Assembly: GCA_951406725.2 (NCBI GenBank)
Contig: OX597814.1
Span: 35,092,001-35,156,000, forward strand
Reading direction: 5' to 3'
DNA: 64,000 nucleotides
From: Octopus vulgaris
Taxonomy: Eukaryota
Translations under genes and position numbers: made by a program
Part shown: piece after piece, positions 51,261-64,000 of the stretch
Numbering within the stretch: the first letter of the stretch is position 1
How the letters are laid out: every line of letters begins with the position of its first letter
Notes under the pieces: generated by a model
Seen by the model: the letters and a program-made list of their open reading frames with translations, nothing else
Told to the model about the DNA's origin: nothing
The model's database searches: none

Positions 51261-53045
51261 GCGTGACCTGTATTTAAAGACGACGTCGTATCTGGGTAAA
51301 GATCTCATTATTGTTTAGCTGATATATTTGGACATTATTTTAAACCGTGAAGTAAGTTCGATTTTATGCGTTTGTGGAATGAACTGTCATTTGCTAACCT
51401 AAGGCGAAGCGTAATGTGGAAAATTTAGCTATCAATTTCATTTTAATTTCTAGTCTGAATTATGTACATGTTGTAATGATTCGTTTTCGCGCATGAACTA
51501 TTCAATATCATAAAACAGTAATCCAGCTATAAGCTTATACTAATGGCATAAGATGCATTTACTAATCAACTGAGTTGCAATACACCTAGTAATTCACAAG
51601 CTTCAGTGTCTTTAAAGCTTTTTGTTGTAGCATGAAAATCACTTGTTCTCTCGTTCTTTATATGTGTCTTCACTAAACTGGAAGGAACTGTTGACACGCA
51701 TAATGGTAGTAAGGTTTTATTGTAAGATTTCTGTGGAAATCTCTGTGAAATGTATGAATTGTAGAAATAACCAAGGTTTATTGGGAATAATTCATCAATG
51801 ACATACAATTAAATAAACCTTGTCTTTGTTTTGTTACTATGGAATCATCGAAAAAATCATCGAGTTGTGTTTTAAATCAGAAAGGGTGAACTGTTTTATA
51901 TCTGTGTTGGGTAACGTGAGCTAGTTTATTTTTCTAAATTAAAATGTTTGTATTCGGGTGAAATGTCAAATTTCTATGGCCATCCAGTCAAAAATGTGGG
52001 GAATTTTAGATTTTTGTGGTTACTATCTTTCGTGGATATATGTGATATTAAAAAAGAATTGATACAGTAGTTTAATGGCATTCGAGTAACTTCCTTTACT
52101 TATTTTGTATCTGTTCCTGTATTGCTTGGCAAAGGTGAATGCTTTGAAATTCTTTATATATTTATCATCAATCAAGATTTCAAAGCTAAAAGTCATAGTT
52201 TATTTATAAGTCATAACAGCGATAAGATTTCAGTTTGTAAACAAATACGTAGAAATATTTAGATTAATTTTTATTTTTATTTTAGACGGGAAGAATTAGA
52301 TGTGCGGATGACATATTGAAGGATGATGTCGATACAGTTGATGATCAATATCAGCTTCTTTTGGTCAATACCTGGTGGAAACGTGGGAATGGAGGTGTTT
52401 CAGAGTTAGCATTAGTTTAGGTTACTTTAGTATAATGATGCAAATGGTTCATTAATTATCCTCATTTTAAGTAAGCTCATAAAAAGTCATTAATTGGGAG
52501 AAGTGAAGTAGAATAACGGAAGTAATTAAAAATCAACTAATTAAAATAATTATTGCTATTGTGCTAGATATCTTTTTTTCAACGCAGATAATTGTTTTTT
52601 AAGAGACATACTTTCTTTGATATGTATTATGACTCAATGAATATTTGTGCAAAGTGATGTTATGCTTCTAAAGCAGTCTGCCAGCTCGATACAATTCAAC
52701 GATTATTTCATGCATTTTCTTTAGATTCAATTTCAGCTTTAGATTCCAAAGGTAGATTTTTTTTTTCAAGGCCTAAAATTACCAGTTCTCACCTTTTCCA
52801 ATGGATTTGAAATGTTTAATTTGTGTTCCTTTGCTATCGCAGTGTTATTCTATCCAACAGAAATCGAAGGTTTAATCTCACTTTAAAAATCGAATATATA
52901 TAAATTCTTTGTTTACTTCATCGTATTATTCAACGTAGTTAGATAACAATTTACTATAATTTCATTTATTCATTTTCATTTTAACAGAAACATGTATATA
53001 TTTGTGTGTGTGTGTTTGTGTTTGTGTATATGTATGCACATATGT

Positions 53046-53145
<100 letters not shown>

Positions 53146-53399
53146 TTGTGTGTGTTTGTGTGTGTGTGTATTATGAATGTATATATTGTGCATCATATAT
53201 CTACGTGAAAATGAAAGCGGGAAATCCAGAGTAGCGATGAGGCGAAAGCCAGAGATTTGAATAAATGAATAAATGAATAAACTCTATTCTATATTGATTA
53301 CATTTTGCTTCTCGTTTGTAAACCGAATAGCATACTGTCTGCAATATTTATTTCCTTTCATATTTCAACAAATATGATATTATATACAAACAAGGAGCT

Positions 53400-54150
53400 A
53401 AAATGTAACAAAGACAGAAAACTTCATCGTTGGAATGCAAATAACAAAAACAATGTCACACTTTGAACTCGAGGAAAGTCTTCCACGTTTTTACTATTTT
53501 CCTTACAAATTGTATTTGCAATATGCATATTAGCTAGTTAATTCCTTTTTCTGAAAATCCTAGCTTTTCGAGAGGCTCCCTATGGTATTTGCTAACAAAA
53601 CCACCAAGTGCACTAATTATTATTAATATAAATCTGAATTTATAACCTGGGTATAGAAGCTGAAGATTTCGAAATAGCTGTCCATACTTATCACATTTCC
53701 CTTTGGTTTTCGAAGTGATATTCACATCAGCAGGCACCTGATTTCTATGGTGGTACCTACTTTTTCTTGCATTTTCCAAACAATTACACCCGGCCTGTTA
53801 TGCTTGCTCGTGATGAAAGTTTTGATTAAAATGATCCACTAATATTCCTTGTTTTTATTATTTTGCATGTGTTCTGCAACAAGAGTATTCTCTATATTTA
53901 TTCTAGCACAGTCTACTTTCTGGATGGCCTTCCATATTCTTTCGCGACAACGTCATGTCACATTAGGAGTGAGCATCTTGATATTTTGAGCCAGTTACTG
54001 GTTACATGCACATTGTCTTCCGCGGGAATGGGACATAATCGCCATTCTCAGTTGTATCTTAGAATCTCAAGGGCTCATCTGTGTTTTAGTTTAATAGAGT
54101 TTAACGTGAAAAGTCATCTTAGTGTTTGCATAAATGTAACTGGTGAGGGG
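53400..54150 (-). mobile_element. Degenerate RLE-type (R4/R2-like) retrotransposon 3' fragment
   Basis: Minus strand gives KHNRPGVIVW, VPADVNITSK and KCDKYGQLFRNLQLLYPGYKFRFILIIISALG (RLE region). A degenerate zinc knuckle and RHD lie upstream. Confidence 0.7.
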
Positions 54151-54299
54151 TGAAATCATTATCTTCCTTACATTTTAATATCGTGCTTAAAAATCTAATG
54201 TGTCAACGCGGATTTTTTATGCTTTCTTCAGGGTTTGTTTAACACTAAGATGTTTCAGTTAATGAGCGCGTGGTCGGCAACTTTCTCCAATGTGTCCTT

Positions 54300-54760
54300 T
54301 AAGAGTAATAGCAGTTATGTATTCATTGTCCAATAGTTATGGTCAAATATCCCATTTACTCTCTACTAACATCATCGATAACTTTTAACATAGAGGCATT
54401 TGACCTCTACTTTAAAAATATCCTGCCGCTCGCCGACAGCTCAGGATAAGTTGAAAAAATTATCATATGACCTACAGTTTCAAAATGTTCTTAAATTGGA
54501 TATATTCTACAATCGTCAGCATCAATTCATTTATACGAAGAGCTATATGAGAGTTCAGTCGAGTGTCATTTTCCCATTTACATTATTTTCGGTCTCTCTT
54601 GTAAATTTCGGCCTCTCTTGTTGTAAATGTTTCTCGTTTCTTAGTGGTTTGAGAAGATCAGTTAACATAACATGACTTAAAATAATAATAGCTTTTTGTG
54701 GTAGCCCACTCTTAGCAACGGAAAATGCATATTGTCTAGGCGATTTTTCCATAAAATATA
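54300..54760 (-). mobile_element. Possible hAT (Buster/Charlie-type) transposase remnant
   Basis: QYAFS..GLPQ..LKPLRNEKHLQ loosely resembles the YGF..PQC..MKP.KL..HL N-terminal finger region, but the cysteines are lost. Confidence 0.3.
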
Positions 54761-55285
54761 CTGCGTTTTGGTGAAATTCGTGCCTGCGGTGTTTTTAACT
54801 GCTATATATAACTGATAGGAGGGTTATATCGGGTGGATTTTTCATAGCACCGAAGTAAATCTTGATAAAAAAAATAAACCTAAAGTGAAGTGAAAAGAAT
54901 ACGTGCGACAAGCTAAATCAATCACAAGTGTCGTAGTACTGCTTTCACCGGTATCGGTGCTGACGGCGTTATTATCGATATCGGCCATTGAAGTAAAAGC
55001 GAAATTGTACGTAGTGTAAAGTATATTTTTTATTCTAGTCTGAACAACGCTAAGCTTGTAAGTAAAAATACTTCAGTTATTTCTAACAGTTACTGATTTA
55101 GGCTGGAAGCGTTGGCGTAATTGTAGGAGAAAATGTTCAAAAAGTCATTTTTTAAATTGGTCCTCTACATCAGTATATCTGATGTTAATTGCGTCATGTA
55201 TGTATGCATGTATGATATGGATGGTATGTATACATACGTACATATATAAATACACGCATACATATACCAAACATAAATACATACA

Positions 55286-55319
<34 letters not shown>

Positions 55320-58106
55320 TACATACATACATACATACACATTTATATATGTATATGTACATATGTATATGTGTGTGTGTATGAGAGAAAGAGAGAGAAG
55401 GAGAGAGGGGAGAGAGAGATTTTATGTGTAAGGTTGTGGCTGTTACAAGACAACAGACTTGGTATTGAACTTTTACTCGTTCAGAAATTTGCATTTGAAG
55501 TTTTGAATTTATAAATTTAATCATTAGCTGCAATTGTCCTTATGTAGATATTCTACAAAAAATGTTGTACAAATTTATCCTTAGAATGTGTTTCATAACC
55601 TATTAATATCTCCAAATATATAAGTTACGGCACCTAGGTATAAATCAAATACATCTGATCTGAACCAAGACTACAAACTGAGTCCAACAGTGAATCTGTT
55701 GAGAAACACTTATCAGATGTACAGTACTTCACATGCTAGATTTACATCGTAGTAGTGATACTACTCAATGTGCCAGAAATACCAGTCTCATATGTCCCTT
55801 ATATCACACCTTTCTATCTCATGAAAATGGAATGGCATTTAATAATGCAGTCTAAGAAACTAAAACATCGGTTGGTGCCACTACTGGAACGTATTCCTTC
55901 ATTGACCAGTTCGATCAGGTTTGGTCATAGACGAAACAACTACAACAGTTTATTTAGAACAAAGGGGAACTGGCTCGGTCATGGTTATATGACCAAACCA
56001 TACTCACTGAAATTACACCTGAAAAAATTGCCTTTAATTTGACTTCGATCAATCAAGCAAGTACCAGTAATACAATCGTAATATTTGAATCAACTTCATT
56101 GTCTATACACACCAATAGTAATAAGTACATTTGCGTCTAGTGAAAACTGAAATTGCTCTTACTATTGTTGTTGTTGGCAGTGGTAGTGGTACTGTTGTTT
56201 CAGCATTTCGTTTTGTTTCTTATTTTTGTCATTATAGAAGATAGGAGAAATTTTGTTAAATTTGTTGGCGAAAAATCTAATGCTGGTATCTCAGAAACTA
56301 TTAGAGGTGTCACAGGTAACAAAACGTTGTTCAAGTCTATTTATTCGACTTATTTCAGCAGAGCGTTTTCTGTAAGAATGTATAAGTGGGGAAAAGAAGA
56401 AAGAAAAGTTTAGAGAGAAAGAGAAAACATAGAGCGAGGAAAGAGAATGATTGATCGAGAATAATATTTGGAATGTTACTCTGTGAAGGAACCATTAAGT
56501 CACGAGTAACTTTGAGAGGTTATTTCAGATATGGTTGCAAAGACAAAAGAAAGGCTCCAACCTGCTGATAGCTTAAGTGATGAAGATTATGATTGACCGA
56601 TTGCTTATCGATCCTGATAAATGGAATTTTCTTTTAGATTTAGTTAACGATCTTGTTTAACAGTAATTTCAATTTGTAACCGAAAGAAAGGGAAGTCTGC
56701 AATTTTTCATCTGATCGTAAGATAGATTGGCCACAACGAATAGAATGAAGCTTTTATTTTATTTCAGTGTAAAGAGATTTCAGATGTTTTATATGGTCAT
56801 GATGTTGCTGTCATTGGTTTTAAACTTATGTCAGCTTTGATCGTGTAGACTTCTGATCAAAATAATTTCATCAATGGCCAATCCAATCTCTTGTATAAAT
56901 TTCAGCATTATTCTATATAATGGCTATACATTTTGGAAGGCGGAGTATGATTTCAAGGATGTTTTGCTACTAATTTTAGTAGGTCAAGTCGCTTCTGTTA
57001 TTGGTTCTTATACTACTGATGATGGAGTGTCACTGTCTTGATCGAACAAGACAGTTATTTTCAACAACCGAATGCAGATTATTCTACATAGATACCACAC
57101 GGTGGTGTGATTTAATGTGGTAGGCCTTGAATGGTTGACCTACTGTACCGAAGTTAGTTTCCTCGGGTATATAGTCGCGAGCATCAGGGAATCTTATCAA
57201 GGTAGGGATGATAGTTTGTCTTCTACTTAAGGCTACGTGAACGATAATAATAATAATAACACTATATTGTATTAATAATAACTCTATATATGTATTGGTT
57301 GGCTAACTTCTAAGGAAAATGCTATTTATTTTTAATTTGGTTTGCAAGATTATTCATGGGAAATGTGTGTTCAAACAGGTTTGGATGTACATGGGGAAGG
57401 ACATTATGCCAATTAGAAGTACATGTACTGGTTCTATTTCACTTCATTAATTATAATAATCTTGTAGTTAATCATTAACTAAGTATCTAATCCATTGATT
57501 GATTCATCATTGGGTCAATCAATCATCGTTAGTGTTTCTTCGTTGCCATTTGCTCCCTCATCAATGACATGCCATCTCCCGCCCAAGTCTATCTGTTTCC
57601 TATTTTTCAGAGGATGTATTTATATCTATGAAGATGTGAGAGAGAAAGGGATTGGATGTGTATTTGTGTGCATTTTGTAAGAGAGATCTGAGCGTGGATT
57701 ACCGCAAATGCGTGCGATATGGATTCTATGAAATGTTTGAGTGAGTAAACATTTACATACGTATTCTATGGTTTGTATCTCTATCTGTGGTTAGACTGCA
57801 TGTGTGTGAAGGAAGAACGGATAACAACATTGAATGGCACTTTGTCTATCAATTTCATAGCCTGACATGAATATCTGTTGGCATTCATCAACAGGCAAAA
57901 GCATGTAGACAAAGAAATAAATGCACATGTATCCTTATCTATATCGGCAGTGTTTTGGATGAGGAAGGAGACTTATGTTTCGTTCACTGGTAGTGGCCAT
58001 GGTTGGGTCGTTGATATTTCATCACACCGATGTTCTGTTCCATTACACCCATGGCTTTGGGTATCCCTGTGCATCGATGAAGCAAATATATTATTAAAGC
58101 AAAATA

Positions 58107-58325
58107 AGGCGGTGAAATGGCAGTATCGTTAGGGCACCAAGCAAAATGCTTACCAGCTTTTTGTTCGTCTTTACGTTCTGAGTTCAAATTCCTCTGCGGT
58201 GGACTTTGCCTTTTAACCTTTCGGGATCGATATTAATAAGTACCAGTTGAACACTGGGATCAATGTAATCGATTTATCTCCTCCGCCGAAAGTTGTTGGT
58301 CTTGTGCCATAACTTGAAATCAATA
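58107..58325 (+). mobile_element. SINE family A copy
   Basis: AAGGCGGTGAAATGGCAG..TTCTGAGTTCAAATTCC..AAGTACCAGTTGAACACTGG. Confidence 0.85.
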
Positions 58326-58546
58326 TAAAAGCAAAATAATTCATAATTTTACATTAAAAAAGAGTAACATCTTTTATGGAAATGATATTAGGCATTAACG
58401 AAATCTTTATTTGCACATAATTATTCTATAATTATTTTTCACATGATTATTCTTTACTTTATCTTTAAATGTTATATGCATTAAATTTGTCGATACTAAC
58501 TTATTTAATCTGTTTCTTTGGATAACGTCACTAAGCTGTTTACTTT

Positions 58547-61080
58547 TGTTATAGGGATAATTGTAATAATGGTACACCCCTCGCATGAGACGAGTGGTAT
58601 GTGCTAGTCACTATAAATAGGTAACGTCAGTCAATATAGGGAGTGAGTACGAAGTAGACGGTCATAGATTAGTCATACCGTACTTGTATAACAACTATGC
58701 TGCTATACTGATTTAGCGTTATAACAATCCAACATTAAGGATCACAACAGTGGCGACGAGGAATTAACAAACTTACGAGAAGTTACGAACCTCACAAAAG
58801 TCTTTTGCGTGCATTCTACGGAATAGAAATCGTAAAATTATGGAAAGTTTGTTCATCGGTTTACTCGAGTTACAAACACAGTAACAAAGGCAGAAGCTAC
58901 AACTGCAAGTACCTGATATTTACTCAGGGTCTAACTGCAGAGAAAGGCGCGGAAGTAAGAACAAGAACTCTTGCTAAGTTGGTACAAAACCATGCTGCTA
59001 CGTTACAACAAGTGTCAGAAGTTTGAGAGAATAGTAAATTTGAGACATGATACAGAGAGATTATTGAACATAAGAATTACTCTCAAGCGAAACAAGTGCT
59101 AAATAGGCTGAATAAATATCAAGTGTGTACTAAAACACAGTAAAAACAAGACAAGAATTAGGACAATCCCATATTTTGCATGCGGAGGTCCACACCTGAA
59201 TAAAGACTGTCCATTTAAGAAGACGGAATGCGTTCGATGTGGAAAATTTGGTCGTATAAAAACGCACTGTAAAACCAAGATGACAAAATATTGAAACAAA
59301 GAAAAAAGAATAAACAAGGTATAGTCGAAAGAAAATGGTAATGAAACTGAGGGGAAATTCGTAAATGCCAAAATTTACGAATTTACGAAAATAAAAGAAT
59401 AAAAATGCAGTTAGACACTAGACGTGGTGTTACCGTTGTAAAGGAAGAAACTTGGAAGTATGTCGGTAAGCCAAAATTACTTAAATCTACAAAAGTCGCA
59501 CATGGTGTTAAGGGCAATAGATTGTATTATGTCTGTAAATTTGAGTGTAATGTAAAATTTCGTGACCAAATGAAAATGGAAAAAATATATATGTTAAAAG
59601 ATTCAGTTATCTATTCGGCACTGAGTGGATGGAACTATTCAAATATATAGTCGGTTTAGTCAAAGGTTCGAATGAGGTTGAGGGACTGAAACAAAAAATG
59701 AAGCCTTTATTTCTAGATGTTTGCTTGGAAGAACTGGGTTGTTGCACGAAAACAAAGGCAAAAATTACAGTAAAACAATGTGCAATACCTGTATTTAAGC
59801 CAAAAAGGCATTTACCGTTCGCGGCAAAATTACCCACGATAAAAAGTGAACCTTGGCCAAAAGTAGAGGTCCTAAAAGTAGATGTTCCTGAGGGCGGCGA
59901 ACTGGCAGAATCGTTAGCACGCTGGGTGAAATGCTTAGTGTCATTTCTCCCGTCGCCATGTTCTGAGTTCAAATTCCGCCGAGGTCGACTTTGCCTTTCA
60001 TCCTTTCGGGGTCGATAAAATAAGAACCGGTTGAACACTGGGGTCGATGTAATCGATTATCTCCCTCCCCCAAATTTCAGGCCTTGTGCTTATAGTAGAT
60101 AGGATATAGACGTTCCTAGTTTTGTAGTTGATGTTAGAATTCTTATTACACTCAATACAATTCTTATTGGTGTATGTGGTCCTAGAAACGATGTGTCCTA
60201 GTTATTTATGATTTAATGGATTTCCTTGGTTTCTCTACTACTTTAATTGTAATTAAGAGCTCATGTACCATGACTTCATTGAAGCAGACGGTATTTCGTT
60301 TCGTGTCTGGCGTCGATACATAATAGTCATAGGTCACCTAAATTTGAGAAAAATAGCTCCGCTTGAGAACGGAAGTTTGTTCGAAAAATAAATAACTCAA
60401 TAGGCAGAAATTTACATTTCGTTGCTAAATGCTGTAAAAAAATGCAAGTAACAACTGTGCTCGATGAATCCGTCGAAATTAATGAAACAGTGGTCATTTT
60501 TTACTTTCTTTCAAATAAAACAAATACACAATTAGGTGATTTTTCTCCGCTCATAAAGCAATAATTGTAATGATATTTACGTCTATGATTCATATGACAA
60601 AGACACGTAACAATTTACATCAGTCAATGGACATATTTACTGTTAATGTCAGTCCTTGTGCTTTTGTCTTACACTCTATTTCAATTAAACCATAATTGGA
60701 TCATCTTTGCTTGAATTTTTACTTATATATAGAGAGAGATAGATATTGGTGTACTATATATAAATGAAACAAGATATATATTAAAATAGACCTCTAGCTT
60801 AGATCTGAACGTAGAATCTCTGTTTCTAATGCTGGGTTTCAACTTCATTAAGTAAATTGCCTCTGTTAGTAAAATGAGAACGAACTTTGTAAACTTCTGT
60901 TTGAAATAATGACTCTATGCTCAGATGCAACCTAGGAAAAGTTTATACTTGTACGAACAGTTAAAAGATGACATCGAAAGTGGGAACATCTGGCTACAGC
61001 CAAGATATATTAGGTGGATTGTTTGAAAATTTTGAATTTATAGTTCCAGCTGATCTCAGGCTTGTAATTCTCAGAGAATT
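58547..61080 (+). mobile_element. Decayed Gypsy/Ty3 (Mag/K02A2.6-like) LTR retrotransposon
   Basis: Putative 5' LTR TGTT..AACA (58547-58749) followed by PBS TGGCGACGAG (58751-58760). Gag double zinc knuckle CGGPHLNKDCPFKKTECVRCGKFGRIKTHC (~59180-59270), protease MQLDT..VT, and ELGCCTKTKAKI..PVFKPKRHLPFA. An integrase-proximal IVPADLRLVILREL lies near 61038-61080. No 3' LTR was seen. Confidence 0.75.
59891..60106 (+). mobile_element. SINE family A copy inserted in or next to the Gypsy remnant
   Basis: Full head, core and AAATTTCAGG tail. The TSD is TAGA(T/C)GTTCCT at 59879-59889 and 60107-60117. Confidence 0.9.
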
Positions 61081-61748
61081 ATGAGTAGATGAGAAGTTTT
61101 GTTATTAAAATGGCACTGCCACATATATTAGTCCTAATATTTTTATAATTATTAAGTGGTTCTTATGATGTGAAGCACATTTCTCTAGTTCATCTTACTT
61201 TACTGGAAATAAGCTTCCAATTATTATATGTTCGGAACCTGATATAGAATTTAAATAAATCACATTGCGGAATTTAATATATATTATTGTTTAGATATGT
61301 TATTTGTTTTCAAACTTTCCAAATTAGATAATATTTGTATAAATTATTAGTAATAATATTTTAATAAGGCGAATAAAAGAAAGGTGAAACTTTAGGAAAC
61401 AATGTTTTTTAATCAATGATTAATATTTTCCTAATATTCAGGCAAGAACCCCTGACATGTTTCGATATAGCTTTGACCTCGACAGCTAAGCATAGTTTTC
61501 ACTGTACTTGCTGAAATAGTTTTAAAATATTCATGGCGTAAATATGTCTGATTGATTGCACATTTGTTGGCATAGGAAAATAATATAATTTAAAAAGGAA
61601 ATAACTGAGTGACGTTATCCGACAAAACATAATAATTAAATTAGTATTAACAAATTTAACGCATTTAAGGGAGAAAACTAGAAAAAATCATGTATAATAT
61701 AATTATCAAAACAACTATGTGCGAAGAAAGATTTCCAAGACTTTTTCT

Positions 61749-62115
61749 AAGGCGGCAAGCTGGCAGAAACGTTAGCATTCCGGGCGAAATGCTTAGCGGT
61801 TTTTCGTCTGCCGCTACGTTCTGAGTTCAAATTCCGCCAAAGTCGACTTTGCCTTTCATCCTTTCGGGGTCTATAAATTAAGTACCAGTTACGCACTGGA
61901 GTCGATGTAATCGACGTAATCCGTTTGTCTGTCCTTGTTTGTCCTCTCTGTGTTTAGCCCCTTGTGGGTAGTAAAGAAATAGGTATTTCGTCCGTCGCTA
62001 CGTTCTGAGTTCAAATTCTCCTTTCGTGGTCGATTAAATAAGTACCAATTACGCACTGGGGTCGATGTAATCAACTTAAACTCTTTGTCTGTCTTTGTCT
62101 GTCCCCGCTGTGTTC
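61749..62115 (+). mobile_element. Full SINE family A copy followed directly by a partial, internally deleted second copy
   Basis: The full copy runs to ~61981. GGTATTTCGTCCG..GAGTTCAAATTC|CCTTTCGTGGTCGAT then restarts the unit. Confidence 0.88.
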
Positions 62116-62309
62116 TAAGTTCGATTCACACCGACGTTTTGGACTTACATTATTCCAGGATAGATAAAACATCAGTTTGTAGCCTTATATATCTGGTTGC
62201 ATCTTGGGGTAAGGGTCACTTTGTCAATTAGAAATACACGGTCTAGTTTTATTTCACTATGTTTGGCAGGAGCTTTAGAGTGTCAGAATTTCATGTATTT
62301 CATTTTGTT

Positions 62310-62535
62310 CTTTACGTTCTGAGTTCAAATCCAAGCAAAGTCAACTTTGATTTTCATCCTTTCGCTGTTGATAAAATATGTACCAGTTCAGTACTGGGGT
62401 TGATGTGATCAACTTAACTTCTAACCTAACAGTAGTCGACCTCGTACCAAGATTTTCGAAAGAATTATTAAAGGAAGGGTGTAGTCAGAATCATTAGCGT
62501 GTCGTAGAAAATGTTTAGCGGCATTTCTTCCGGCT
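62310..62535 (+). mobile_element. Degenerate SINE family A copy plus a further SINE head
   Basis: TTACGTTCTGAGTTCAAAT..TTTCATCCTTTCG..TACCAGTT, then GAATCATTAGCG..TTAGCGGCATTTC. Confidence 0.7.
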
Positions 62536-62773
62536 CTTTAGTTGTGATACAGTTCTATATTTAAGAGATGAGAAATTATGTAAGTTATTTACATTATTTA
62601 TATTTGACAGATATTTGTCCTCATCTTGTTTGTTGTCAACACAACATTTTGGCTGATGTACCCTCCAGCCTTCATCACGTATCTTGCGGAAATTTCGAAC
62701 CTGGGTTCTCATTCCTAAGGCATTTTCGATGTTGTTATTATTATTATTGCCGTTGTTGTTGTTGTTATACAGG

Positions 62774-62812
<39 letters not shown>

Positions 62813-62839
62813 TAATAAATAAATAATCTAACTCATTCA

Positions 62840-63713
62840 CTTTCATTTGTGTGTGTTGTACGTACCTAGTTTATTGATTCCTAACTATTTGTATGTCTGG
62901 CTTTGGTCTGATTCTCTTATTTCATTTATTTTATCTTGTGTGATGTTGCTAATCTTAACTAGTTTTGCTCTTTTCAAGGTTGCTTTGGCACATTTTTCTA
63001 AGCTAAATTTCATGTTTATTTTGAACTTTCTGTAGTAATGTTTCCAGATGTTTATCATGTGTAGCGTATAGTTTTAGGTCATCCATATATGAGAGATGGC
63101 TGATTGTTTTGCGGTAACAGTGGTATCCACATCAAGTTCTGTTTAGCATGTCAGATAGAGGTGTCAGTGCCAATAAGAAAAGGAATGGAGAGAGCGTGTC
63201 TCTCTGGAATATTCCTCTTCTAATGGGGATGACTTAGGTTTTTATGAGTCCCTCTGTTGTCAGGAGCTGTAGCACTATCTGCCATTTATTCATGGAATGT
63301 GTTATATATTTTATGATTATTGGTCCTGCCTTGTCCATTGCTAGTGTTTCTAGGATCCATATGTGGGGAATACTATCAAAAGCCTTTCGGTAATTAAACC
63401 AAACCATACTTAGACCGTTCTTTCTGCAGCTGCCTTCAGTTATGGTTTTATTGATCATTAGCTGATCTTTACAGCCGTATGAGCCCTTGTAGCATCCCTT
63501 CTGCTCTTCTGGAAACATATTGTATTCTTCCAGCAGCTTGCTCATTCTCTGCGATATTATTGCAGATTGGCTTTGTAATTTGTAGGGAGACAAGTTACTG
63601 GTTTATAATTTTGTGCGTTTGCCGTGTCATTGGATTTGGGAATTAGGATAGTTTACCCTTCCGTGAGCCATCCAGGCATTGTCTCTGACTGCTAGTATGT
63701 CATTAAATTTCTC
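62840..63713 (-). mobile_element. R4/Dong-type RT fragment, same family as 17579-19845
   Basis: FPEEQKGCYKGSYGCKDQLMINK, KAFDSIPHIWI, RRGIFQRDTLSP and YMDDLKLY. High nucleotide similarity to ~18880-19780; TAA repeats lie at both flanks. Confidence 0.9.
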
Positions 63714-63834
63714 ATTATTATTATTATTATTATTATTTCTTTCGTATTATTTTTAAAGTATTGGGCTCTGTTCCGCTTTACAAATATGAGTAGTAAAGAG
63801 AAATAATATTCTAGAAATTTACATATATGAAAAT

Positions 63835-64000
63835 ACTTTGAAAAGTTTTGTGGGTGGGGCAGTCGATTAGATCGACTCCAGTACGTAACTGGTACTTAAT
63901 TTATCGACCGCGAAAGGGATGAAAGGCAAAGTCGACCTCGGCGGAATTTGAACTAAGAACGTAAAGACAGACGAAGTACCGCTAAGCATTTCACCCGGCG
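63835..64000 (-). mobile_element. SINE family A copy running off the window end
   Basis: AACTGGTACTTAATTTATCGACC..GGCAAAGTCGACCTCGGCGGAATTTGAAC. Confidence 0.88.

Noticed and set aside
52286-52420. Possible coding exon after a strong acceptor (TGRIRCADDILKDDVDTVDDQYQLLLVNTWWKRGNG..)
   Set aside because: There is no recognisable homology, no convincing donor site and no partner exons.
53225-53260. Hammerhead-like GCGATGAGGCGAAAGCC
   Set aside because: The core lacks CTGA, and the GAAA is the stem loop with no second GAAA after the stem.
57016-57055. CTGATGA followed by the 9-bp hairpin ACTGTCTTG/CAAGACAGT
   Set aside because: The spacing is wrong and no GAAA follows the stem; it is compatible with chance.
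59629-60018. 129-aa ORF as a novel fusion protein
   Set aside because: It is chance read-through from the Gypsy pol remnant into an inserted SINE; the same SINE translation (GGELAESLAR) recurs at 2283-2480.

Overview
This is AT-rich, repeat-dense animal DNA, intronic or intergenic. The SINE families and the microsatellite load look like an octopus or other coleoid cephalopod genome; this is inferred from recognition, not searched. I found no intact host protein-coding gene, and most listed ORFs are artefacts of CA/TA/TAA microsatellites. The window is a graveyard of decayed mobile elements: a Chapaev3-like DNA transposon, mariner/Tc1 and possible hAT remnants, several R4/Dong-type RLE retrotransposons sitting in (TAA)n arrays, CR1/L2-group and RTE LINE fragments, Penelope-like (PLE) RT and GIY-YIG remnants, a Gypsy LTR element, about 20 tRNA-derived SINE copies from three families, and a tRNA-Asp(GTC) pseudogene. 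The most notable non-coding structures are a minimal type I hammerhead ribozyme motif in the loop of a ~90-bp inverted repeat (22102-22356) and a second hammerhead-like core in a hairpin (32374-32525). Also notable are a twin-priming-style inversion in the PLE RT, a permuted Dong fragment, several TA-flanked palindromes and a cryptic 40-bp tandem array. Boundaries of degenerate elements are approximate. I cannot support a claim of a wholly new biological system; the best leads are listed as findings.
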